From: an uncultured Planctomycetaceae bacterium
GTDB lineage: Bacteria; Planctomycetota; Planctomycetia; Planctomycetales; Planctomycetaceae
Length of the DNA: 64,000 bases
Assembly (NCBI GenBank): GCA_963813715.1
Contig: CAWFAK010000007.1
Span: 640,001 to 704,000 of the forward strand
Direction of reading: 5' to 3'
The stretch's first letter is position 1. Each line of letters starts with the position of its first letter. This document shows, piece after piece, positions 34,692 through 45,222 of the stretch. The position numbers were made by a program, and so were the translations under genes. Below the pieces are notes generated by a model, which searched no databases, was not told the origin of the DNA, and worked only from the letters and a program-made list of their open reading frames with translations.

Positions 34692-35891
34692 TCAATGCCG
34701 AAGAGCGACTTCAGCCGTATCGGCGACCGGAGACTTGCGGCCGTTGGCTGCAGACGGCCGACCCCGGTCGACATCCGGAATGTCTGATCGCCAGAGTGCT
34801 TTGCAGGCGATGCCCGCGATCGCTTTGCCGATGGCGCTGCGGGCGACTTCCAGCATGACCGAGACGCCGCAATTGACGCACGAGTTGACGGTGTGGGCGT
34901 CCTCGGGCAGATAGTGCCGGATTTTCATCGCCGAGCACGGCTTCGGCCTGCGAGCACGCTGATTTCCTTGGGCCGGCCGTAGCGAGCGGCAACCAGCTGC
35001 ACCTTGCCCGGGTCGACGCCGGCCCGATCGATGGCGCTAGACACCGGTGGGCGTTGCGAATCCCCGGAAAGTCGAGACGTAAGAGCAGCAGGACCGTCGT
35101 GCTCTGCTGCAGCACCGGCGACATTTCCGCTCAGCCAGGGGGAATTGAGGTCGACGACGACGGACGGGAAAAACGCCTTCCCGAATCGCAGACTTTTTGC
35201 AGTCCCTCGGCCGAGATCAACCGGGCATCTTCCCACTCTTCCGGAGCCGCCAGCACGAAGACGCCGCTCGGGTGCTCAACCAGCGACTGCTCGAACATCT
35301 TCTGGTCGAGCTTGTCGATGTTGTGGCACAAGTCGGCGATGCTGTGACGCGGTTTCAGATTGAGACAAGTCGCCACGTCGGCGCCGGCGACATCCAGATC
35401 GAACAGGCCGCACCGACCCTCGACCGTGCGCAAGCTCGACGGCCAGGTTCGCGGCAAAGAACGTCCGACCACAGCCTCCGTTGGCTGCGACGATCGTGAT
35501 CAGGCGACCCGACGTCAGCGCGCTTGGAAGCCGACTCGAGCAGCCGAGTCAGGGCCGAGGAAGATCGCTGTTAAGATCGCTCGATTCGTCGAGATAGTCG
35601 TTCGCCCCGGCGTGCAGCGTGCCCAGGATCAGGTTGGGATCCCGCGGACCGACCGCCAAAATTGGCGTCTCGACGGCCTCGCGAAGTGGCGCAACAGGGC
35701 CAGAGACGGTCGTCATCCTGAGACAACACAAAGACGATCAGGTCAGGCTGCGGCTGAATTGGATGCGGCGGCCTGCCGCGCAGCATCGATTGTCACCACA
35801 TTGTGAATGGGCAATCGTGGCCGTTCTGCGTCAGATGATGACGAAGCCGGGTCGCTTTCGTCTGGCAGTCGCTGGCGATCAGGATTGCCAT
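34692..35891 (-). CDS. cpaE: CpaE/TadZ receiver-like plus MinD-type ATPase, frameshifted
   Basis: N-terminal pseudo-receiver (LHAGANDYLD); LFDLD..DVA..LNLKP, VVVDL; GGAGG RBS upstream. Confidence 0.8.
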
Positions 35892-36738
35892 GGCATGAAC
35901 CTCCCGTGGCTGAGGCGAACCGATTGTCGCACCGACTCCGTCGCTTCCCGGCTCCGATCAGACCGGGAAAACTCGAGTGACTCAGAATTCCGAACTCACG
36001 CGTCTCTGAAATGGCGGGCGTCAGCCAGGCTGACGCACCAAGACAGAGTCTTAGCGTTCGAGAGAGCATGGCCCACTGGGTCCTGTCGACGAGTAGTGGG
36101 CTATGTTCAACACGCGTAATTCCGCAGTTTCGTGGTTCGCGAATCGGGAGATGGTGGGATGGTCCGACTTTCGGATCGGCAAAGCTGCGGCAAAAAAATG
36201 GACGTATATCAATCTTCGGGCGGGCAGACCGCCCGCGCTCGGCAAAAGGCGAAGATGTACGCGCTTTTACCTAACGATTTTGCCTATCTCATAAGACAAT
36301 CGAGGAAACGAATAAGTCGTTCGCTCCAGAAGATCCAGGGCATAGCGGACACTTTTTACCGTCAGATGAATCGCAAGGACGATCGGCTCGGTCGCCCACG
36401 CCTGCCTACTGATGGGGTCGTAGGGGCCGCGAGGCCAGGGCACCTGAGGCTCGTTTCAACCACACATTGCCCGGATCCCGGCTTGACCAACGATTCTGCA
36501 GCGCGCAATCAGTCCGGACTAATCCCTACTTCCTGACAACCAGACTGCGTCGCCGCCGCACCCACCCCTGGATGTGGCAGCCAGGACGACGGCTGAATTC
36601 CCGACCCGCGGCCCAGAAACCCAACGGTCATGTCGAATCGGCGGCCTCGGCGTCGGAACCGGTGGTTTTCTGGCGATTGCTACACGAGTCTTAAAAAACA
36701 ACTACTCGTGCAAATGCCCGAAGAGCGTTTCGTAATGC

Positions 36739-37063
36739 CTACGGCCTGCAAGCCCGGCATTCGCCAGTCGCTGACGGCCTGAGTATCCCGCGATCGGTTG
36801 AGCATCGCTTCCGGGATGGGCCGTCCAGACATCGCCGTGTAATGGCTCCGCGCCCTTGCCTCCCACATACCGGCACGTGGCTCTGTGGAGCTTTTGGTCG
36901 GTCGGCCCGTTCAATTGCAGAACGTAGCCTTCCGGGTGCTCCTCCAGCCATGCCAGATAGCGGCGATGGTCCTCGGCGCCGGAGCTTCTTCCATTAGGGC
37001 CCTAGTTCTGGCGCTGACAATCCTGCAATCCGCCGCTGCAACTCGCGCATGCTTTTCGCTCAT
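36739..37063 (-). CDS. Small hypothetical protein, frameshifted
   Basis: Joined frames read YLAWLEEHPEGYVLQL..LHRATC...CRAC. Confidence 0.4.
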
Positions 37064-37333
37064 TGTGTGATTCATTCCGGTGCCGTTTGGCACGGCGGCG
37101 GCGATTGGTTTCAGCCGGTCTGATCCCGCTATCGACCGCACTAGAGCACACTCTCGTCTACAGACAAGAGATCGCAGCATTTTCGCGACCAATGGTCGCG
37201 CGTGTGACGTGGTGTGAGACCATATGTCGCACACCGCGGGGGAGTGCTTAAGAGAAGAGTCTCTGCTTATTAATAAGGCGATGGTTTGGAGAGTCAATAG
37301 ACGTCGCAAGCACGCCCAATCGCCTCAGCGACT

Positions 37334-38710
37334 TCACCTCATCGCTTTACGCCTATCCATGGCCTTGTCGTGTTGGAGAATCCGGTACAGCGTGCGTCGA
37401 TGCATTCCGAGCTCTTGCCGCGGCCGCCTTGTTGCCACCGTGCCTCCGGACGATCTCACGCACGACATGTCCTTCGATCGATCGCAAGTTTCCACTGAGA
37501 GGCACCGTGATGGTGTCACAAGTTGGGAGTGAAGTGAGCACTGAGGTATAGCATGCAAAATACTATCGAAGTCATCTCCATCTTTTATTGAAAGAGCAAT
37601 TGCGACCACATTGCTAATTCGCCAACATTCCCGGGCCAATCGAACTGAAGCATTGCCTGCCACGTGTTCTCGGTAACCTTCCGGCGGAAGGTTCCCGAAT
37701 CTGAGTATGCCGCCGGCAAAATCGCTCGAGAAAATGATGGACGATCGCCCGGATGTCATCCGGGCGTTCACGGAGCGGAGCGATGCTCAGCCGAGTCAAA
37801 CGTCACGCAGTCATGAGCCCACGATACAAGCCCCCTCCCGCAAGGGCGGCATCCAAACTTATGTCGGTGGCGGCAATCACTCGAACCGGAAGACCGCTGG
37901 GATCACGAGCACCCGCTGCGGAAATGCACGCCGCTTCAACCATTTCGAGAAGCTGCTCTGCCCCAAATGGCAGCTCGGCAATCTGGTCAAAGTAGAGAGT
38001 GCATCGGGGCATCGAAGGCTGAGAGGCAGCCGTCGCTCGAAGGCGGACCGACTTCCGCCAGTGAACGGGTTCCGAGCCGGGACGGGCCTCTTGCAGCTCA
38101 GCACACGCGAAACGAATGAACGAAGCGTCTGCCTTCGCATCTCTGCGATCGATCCATCGCGGGATCAACTGCTTGCCGACGCCGGCTTCTCCTTCGATGC
38201 AGATCGGCAATGCGCTTCGGCAAGTTGTTCGGCGTCCTTGAACGCCGTACGCATCTGCAGCTGACCATGACGTCGTCGTCCAAGGACAACAACGGATTAG
38301 CTCCCTCTGTCTGGCGATCCATGTCGAGTGGCCGTTTAATCGGCTTCTCGGACGGCACAATGGCGCAGCAAGAAGACTCTGACTACTGATTGGTTTGACG
38401 ACGTAATCGCGGACGCCATGCCGCATCGCCTCCACGGCGGAATCGAGGGTTCCGAAGCCGGTGATGACGATCGCCGCGAGATCGGGCTGGATTCGAAGCG
38501 AAGACTCAATCAGGTCGAGACCGTTCGATCCGTGCAGGTGCAAATCCGTGAGTAGAACGTCGAACGACTCCGATTTCAAAATCTGAAGCGCAGGTCGCGC
38601 AGGCGCATCGCGCAGCGAAACTTGGCGACGCAGGCGCTCAGCACCGCTTCGACAAAACGACAAATCTGGATCTCGTCATCGACGACGAGGACCCTGGATC
38701 CCTGCTGCAT
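37334..38710 (-). CDS. NtrC-like receiver/AAA+/Fis-HTH regulator, degenerate and frameshifted
   Basis: VLVVDDE, LTDL, ITGFG..DYVVKP, GEAGVGK, VIAAT, PLRERPDDI, WPGN, GNKAAAAR..LYR. Confidence 0.8.
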
Positions 38711-39044
38711 GCCCGGGCCCGATCAGAGACTTTTCAACTATACGCACAATTGAGAGGTGAAGCAACCGTCAGAATTGAGGTCGTTGAGTCGCGTGATCAT
38801 TCAACCTTAGACAATAACGTGGCTATTATAAACCTAATGCGACTGCCAGAAAATCGTAGACCAATCTTTGCTCAAGCGAGCTCCCTGCCAGAGACGGCTT
38901 TGAACGGACGCCTTTGTGATGGCTTGTTTGACTGAGGATGGCCGCATTTTGCCGCGGGGCGTAAAAGTTTGTTGAACGCGCCGACGCGTCTAGATTCAAG
39001 CAGACTTCCCTCTAACCAACGCTTCGGCGGCGGGAGGGCGACGG

Positions 39045-41346
39045 ATGACCGAATCCGATCGCGCCGAAACGGAATTCAACCGCAAGCGCGCCGAGGAGGA
39101 ATTGCGGCGGACGTGGGAGCTCCTCCGGGCCGTCGCCGACGAGGTGAGCGACGCGATTTTCGTCAAGGACCGAGGTGGCAAATACCTCGTGTTCAACAAG
39201 GCGGCCAGCCGTCTAACCGGTAAGTCGGCTGCGGAGGTGCTCGGGCGGGACGACACTGCGATCTTCGATCTCCACGACGCACGTCATGCAACGGGACCGC
39301 CGGGTCATGGAGGCCGGCGTCGCCGAGACGCAAGAGGAGGACCTGACTGCCGATGGCGTGGCCCGCACCTACCTGGCGACCAAGGCCCCCTATTACGACG
39401 AGCGTGGAAACGTCGGCGGCGTGATCGGTATCTCCCGCGACATCACCGACTGGAAGCGCGCCGAGGCGGTCCTGCGCGATCGGGAAGAACTCTACCGGTT
39501 ATTGACCGAAAAGGCGAACGACTTCATACGCCTGCACGATCTTACCGGCCGGAGCATCTATTGCAGCCCTTCGGTCGAGCGCCTCTACGGCCGTGTCCCA
39601 ATGACTCTCTTCGAGTTCCAACACCCTGACGATGCGGAGACCTGCCGGCGGTGGTGGGAGCACGTGTTGGCCGGAAGTGAGGAGCTATTGTACTGGCGTG
39701 TCCGTAGCAAGGATGGTACTTGGCAGTGGCTCAAAACGCAGGCGTCGATTGTGCCGTACCACGGGACGCCGCATGTGATGACTGTCTGCCACGATGTGAC
39801 CCTGCGGAAAGCGGCGCAAGACGCGTTAGGCCGAAGCGAGCGTCTCTTGCACCAGGTCTGAACGCAGTACCCGTGGGCGTTGTGGTCGTCGATCTGTCCG
39901 GGAACATCATCCTCGGCAACCCGGCCTCCCAGCGAGTCTGGGGGGGAATGATCACTGCCGGGTCCGAGCGTTACGCCAAGTCCAAGGGTTGGTGGCACGC
40001 CACGGGGAGGCCAATTGGGCCGGAAGAGTGGCCTTCGATGGCGGCCGTCACCACCGGGCAAGCCTCGGTCAAGCAGCTCATCGACATCGAGGCGTTCGAC
40101 GGCGTGCGGAAGGTCATCGAAAACTGGTCGGTCCCGATCCGGGCTGACGACGACAGCATCACCGGAGCGGTTGTGATCAACGAGGACGTCACCGACGTCT
40201 TGCGCCTCGAGGATCAGTTCCGGCAGGCCCAGAAGATGGAGGCGATCGGCCAGCTGGCCGGGGGCATGGCCCACGACTTCAACAACCTGCTCACGATCAT
40301 CAACGGTATCAGCGAATTAGTCCGAGCCAATTTCCGCCGGACGACCCGATCGCGAGACTGGCTCCTGGAGATCCGACAGGCCGGGCGAGCGAGCCGCGTC
40401 CCTGACCGGCCAACTCCTGGCATTCAGCCGCAAGCAAGTCGTGGAGCCGCAAGTGCTGAACCTAAACGCGTCGTCACCAACACGATGAAGATGCTGGGAC
40501 GGCTGATCGGAGAGGACGTCGAACTGAACACCGTGTTGGCCCCGAGCTGGGCGGGTGAGGGCCGAGCCGGGCCAGATCGAGCAAGTGATCTATCAACCTG
40601 GCCGTGAATGCGCGCGACGCCATGCCGCAGGGTGGCAAGCTGACCATCGAAACGGGCAACGCCGAACTGGATGAGACGTACACCGCAACCCACCCGGAGT
40701 CAGTTCGGGGCGGTATCGTCATGCTGGCAGTGAGCGACACAGGGTTGGCATGGAGAGGCGACCAAGGCCCACATGTTCGAGCCGTTCTTCACCACCAAAG
40801 GACCTGGCAAGGGCACGGGCCTCGGCCTGGCGACCGTCTACGGCATCGTCAAACAAGGCGCTGGTCATGTTGTCGTTTTCAGCGAACCGGGGAAGGGCAC
40901 TGCTTTCAAGATTTACCTTCCTCTCGTCGAAGAGGTCATTCCGTCGGGCAAGTCCGCGCGGACCTGCAAACCCCACCTCACGGCAACGAAACGATCCTCC
41001 TAGCAGAAGATGAACCAGCCGTTCGGGTGCTGGCTCGTCAGGTTTTGCAGATTTACGGCTACACGATCCTTGAAGCCGCCCAAGGTGAGATGTGCTTCAG
41101 ATTGCCGAGACATACAAGGGCACAATCCACCTGCTGGTGACGGACGTGGTCATGCCCGTAATGAGCGGTCGGCAGCTCGCCGAGTGCCTCGTTGCCATTC
41201 GACCCGGCATCAAGGTGTTGTACCTTTCGGGATACACCGATGACGCAGTGATTCGGCACGGGCTCTTGCAGGCGGAAACGGCCCTCCTTCAAAAGCCGTT
41301 CACCCCGAGTTCGCTTGCGTCAAAGGTGCGGGAAGTGCTGGATTAA
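39045..41346 (+). CDS. Multi-PAS hybrid sensor histidine kinase with receiver domain, frameshifted
   Basis: Three PAS domains; [54 protein letters not shown]. Confidence 0.9.
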
Positions 41347-42012
41347 TAAAAATAAGGAGACCAGGGGCCGCCCAACCAAACGTCGAAGCTGAGCGGCGGT
41401 CCCTAGGCGGTGACGAATTGCCGAATCAGCTTGGCACCTGGAGCGTGCATCGGCGGAGTTGGTCAGTCGAAGCCGCGGTGCAGAAAATGCGTATATTACT
41501 CATCGGGGCAGCCACAGCTCCGCGTTCGGTATAAATTTCGAGAACTTAATCCACGGATCGTAGTCTTTTTCACCATGTCTAAAGTTAAGGATTGGATGGA
41601 TCGCTCGTCTAAACCTTGATCACGAGTTGAGACGAAGCAGGCCGGCGTTGCATCCGATGGCGCCGGCCGAGTTCGATTCCCAGTTCGTCTACAGCGAGGC
41701 GGGATTGGGGGGAGACAGCGAGATCCAGTGGGAGACGGCCGCGACTGGATTGCAGAGCCTTCGATTGGCAGTCGCACCCAAGCGGTGCCTCGCGGGCCAC
41801 GCGCAAGCCGAGATCGCCTGAGCCGCATTTCAACCGGCGACTGAGCATCTGCGCGAACAGCAGCCCGATTGGCGATTGAGCGACCGAGCTCGATGGCTCG
41901 GCAATCCCTACAGACCCCACACTCCGAACTGCCTCCTCGTCCGCCGGCTCTCGCCTGCAACGGGCATGCTACGGTTGAGTGGCCGCATCAACATTCGTCC
42001 AGGCAAGAACAC

Positions 42013-43777
42013 ATGCCCAAACGCCGACTGAAAGCCCTCGTGGTCGATGACGAGAAGAGCGTGCGTTCGCTCGTCATCGGCTGGTTGTTTCGCGAAGGAT
42101 TTCTCTGCAACGAGGCCGAAGACGGATCCCAGGCACTCCAAGAAATCAATAGGCGCGATACGACCTTGTCGTGACCGACCTTCGGATGCCCAATCGGCAC
42201 GGGCATTCGCTCTGCCAGGCTGTTCTGGATGCAGAGGATCGGCCACGGCTGGTGGTGCTTACCGGGGTCGACGACCCGAGAATCGTCCGGGACCTGGAAT
42301 TGCGCGGGGTCGACCATATCTTCAAGAAACCAATCAATCCGCCCGAGTTTGTGAATCGGATCCGGGAGCTGACTCAAAGTTGCATCGCTCAACGCGGCAA
42401 CTCAGCGAATCAGTCCGGTGCGACTCCTTCTTGTCGGACGCGAAGACGCCTGATGGCGACGACGCAGCCCGGCTGCCGTCCGTCGCCGTCCTCTTGCATG
42501 ATCTGAGTCGAGCCAAGCGCTCGCGACGCTGTTGAAACATGAATCAATCCTGCCGCTCGTGCTGGACACCACCGACGCGCTTTGCCGCCTCGCCGAAAGC
42601 CGCCATCTCGACCTGCTCGTGCTGGAGGACGCACGATTTGGCTTTCTCGGGCCGAAGGATCTCGTCGGACATCTCAAATCCGCGGCGGCAATGATGCAGA
42701 TTGTTCTTGTCGGCAACGAGGGCAAGGCGTCGCCGGACGTGTCGACGTGGGCCACCGCGCCAAGTGGCTGCCCGCGACGGCAACGGACCCTGAAATCGTC
42801 CTGGCAGTTCGCGGCAAGATTACCTCGCTGACTCGATTTCGTAGCAACATCTCCGCGCAGGCTCGCGAGCTGACGCGTCCATTCGCCAACCTTTCGAGCC
42901 CAGCGGATCCAGTTGAATTTGGCAACCCACCTCACCGTGGCAGGGGCGGCGGAGAAGCCGGATCGCCTGGCGGCCGACGTCATGGCCGATCCCGAGCTGA
43001 CGGCGGACCTTCTGCGGCTGGCGAACGGAGCGAGTGCAGGCGTGCGAGGCCAAGTCTCATCCGTCGCCGACGCGATCAGCCGAATCGGAGTCGCCCGATC
43101 CGCGGCATTGCTCGTTTCGTCGGGGATCAAAGGGGCAGAAAAGCCGATGATGCGTCGCATGTCGTCGGCGATACGAGAATGGTATCAGCGTCGCAGTACG
43201 CTGAACGCGGTTCTGACGTCGGTCTTTGCCCAAAAGTGTCTTGGGTTCTCCGGGGATTGCGCCTTCATCCTGGGTTTGTTGCAGGATCTGGGGATTGCCG
43301 TGTTGGCCGCGACATTCGAGGACCGCTACGCACGTCTGGTGTCTCGAGCCCGTTCATGTGGCCCAACACATTTACACGTCGTCGAGCGGGAAGATCTTCA
43401 GAATCGACCATTCCGAGGTATCGGCCGCGCTGATGGAACAGTGGGGCTTCCCCGAGGAGCTGTCGATCGCTGTTCGCACTCACCATTCCCCCAAGCCAGC
43501 CGATCGTGACGACCGACGTGCAGGCTCGGTCACTGAAGCCATGCGGCTGGCCGAAAGCGTCGCCGATCTTTGCGACAACCGTCATCCGAGCCGTCGTCAG
43601 GAATTCCTGCGTCAATTTTCCGCGTGTGCCGCAGGAAAAGTCCCGCCGACAGTCGAATCACTCGAGCAATCAACGGCGCCTGCGTCCGACCTGGCGCAGC
43701 AATTCCGTATTCCGCTTCTTGATGAAGCGTCGCTCAAAAGCCTCTTTCGCAACGTTTGTCATCGGTCGCCCGCTTAA
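42013..43777 (+). CDS. Response regulator with C-terminal HDOD domain, frameshifted
   Basis: LVVDDE..TDLRMP..KKP; DPELTADLLRLAN; GLLQDLG; DHSEVS..WGFP..HH. Confidence 0.8.
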
Positions 43778-43858
43778 GACATCAGCGGAACCGTTCTCAC
43801 CGGAGCGGGTCCAGTCAAAAATTCACCGGCACGCGTGATTCGGCCAACGATCCGCCCG

Positions 43859-44030
43859 ATCACAGCCGCCATTTCGCGTTTTAGTCGAAATTGACGATCC
43901 GCGTTCCGGGTCCGGTCGGAATCTTTGGTCGCAGGTACGGCTTGTCCCGCTGCTTTGTGGCACGCGTAGCAGCTCTCCAGCGAGAACTTGTGTGTCGCGA
44001 CAAAACGCTCATCATTCTTGGATTTGAGGG
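43859..44030 (-). pseudogene. c-type cytochrome C-terminal remnant
   Basis: SLESCYACHKAA..KPYLRP; no N-terminus; internal stop. Confidence 0.5.
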
Positions 44031-44039
44031 GCTCAGGCG

Positions 44040-44330
44040 CGACGCGTAGCGACTCAGCGACGCACACAAGCGTCGGGTTCAGCATCAACAGCGTTTCCCG
44101 ATCCGCGGTTGGCAGAATCGTCTCAAGCAGCCTGGCTTGTTGACGAAGAACGGGCAGCGCATCCGCAGGCGATGCTGTGGGAAGTAGGTCGGCCGGCGTA
44201 GCCCCCAACGCCCTCGCCAGCCGATCCACGAGGTCGATTCCGGGTGTGGCACCGCCAGTCTCAAGTCGCCAAATGTAGGAAACCGTGACGTGGGTTTGCC
44301 GCTACGATTCCCCTGGGTAGCCGAGCGGCC
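44040..44330 (-). pseudogene. XRE-family HTH regulator remnant
   Basis: HVTVSYIWRLETGGATPGIDLVDRLARALG; N-terminus missing. Confidence 0.65.
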
Positions 44331-44336
44331 GACGGG

Positions 44337-44843
44337 CTGCCGGCCGACACACCACTGCTGAGGGTTCCTTCGAGACTCGTGCGGATTCTCGACCGTGATT
44401 TGCGAGCCGCCGGCATTCCAAAGCGCGACGCACGCGGATGGGCGGTCGACGTTCACGCGCTTCGGCATTCCTTCGGAACGCTGCTCAGCAAAGAAGGTGT
44501 TGCACCGCGAACCGCTCAAGCCGCCATGCGTCATTCGACGATCGACCTGACAATGAACGTCTATACCGATCCGAAGTTATTGGACATTCAAGGCGCCCTC
44601 GACGCACTGCCCGCGCTGCCATTGGACCGGAAGCATCGGCGCACAAGTGTCACGTGCAAGGCGACAGGAACAGACGATTCCCAGCTTGCACCAACAAGCG
44701 GCGATTCGTGTCAAATTCGGTCCATCTGTGGCAAAGTGGCGACGGTGGCCGCTGATTGGACCGATCCGCGACGCGACGCCGGAACGTCTTGCGCCGTCAA
44801 AGAAAAGAACCCGCTGACAATTCGTTGTCAACGGGTCACTTAA
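44337..44843 (+). pseudogene. Tyrosine recombinase/integrase C-terminal remnant
   Basis: DVHALRHSFGT (HxxR), MRHSTIDLTMNVYT (H...Y); first catalytic Arg and N-terminal domains absent. Confidence 0.88.
44799..44836 (-). terminator. Terminator downstream of tRNA-Ala, inside the island end
   Basis: acccgctgacaa-ttcg-ttgtcaacgggt stem with a U-rich tail on the minus strand. Confidence 0.75.
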
Positions 44844-44845
44844 AG

Positions 44846-44918
44846 TGGAGCGGAAGGGAGTTGAACCCTCGACCTCTGCATTGCGAACGCAGCGCTCTCC
44901 CAACTGAGCTACCGCCCC
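44846..44918 (-). tRNA. tRNA-Ala(CGC)
   Basis: GGGGCGGTAGCTCAGTTGGGAGAGCGCTGCGTTCGCAATGCAGAGGTCGAGGGTTCAACTCCCTTCCGCTCCA. Confidence 0.97.
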
Positions 44919-45222
44919 GGCGCTGACGACGCTCCGGCGAGTAAACCGCCGACGGCGTTCCAGTGCGGATTTTTGCAGAACCGGCGGCCCCGGTCAAGCT
45001 GTCGATTTAGAGGGCGACGCCACCGGGAAAACCAGAGTCGCAGGCATCTGATTTGCCTCGATCCTACAGACACTGCGAAAGTGGCACATTCTATGCAAGC
45101 AGCGGAAAGTTGACTCCCCTCAACTGGATCGAAATGCGCCGAGACATTCCGAGGGCAGCGGCTCGCCGTGCCTTCCGATAAGATGAATCCGCCGCCGATA
45201 TCTCCTTGAGGCTCGCCACCCA

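Larger units (their letters stand above)
22627..44893. mobile_element. tRNA-Ala-integrated genomic island (~22 kb), integrase truncated
   Basis: Flanking direct repeats, tyrosine recombinase C-terminal remnant next to the tRNA, accessory cargo. Confidence 0.88.

Noticed and set aside
37088..37104. Sigma54 promoter candidate TGGCACG
   Set aside because: No TTGC at -12, and it points away from the nearby minus-strand genes
41369..41411. attC-like fragment ccgcccaac...ctaggcgg
   Set aside because: Too short, no proper GTTRRRY core or L boxes, and no integron integrase or cassette array
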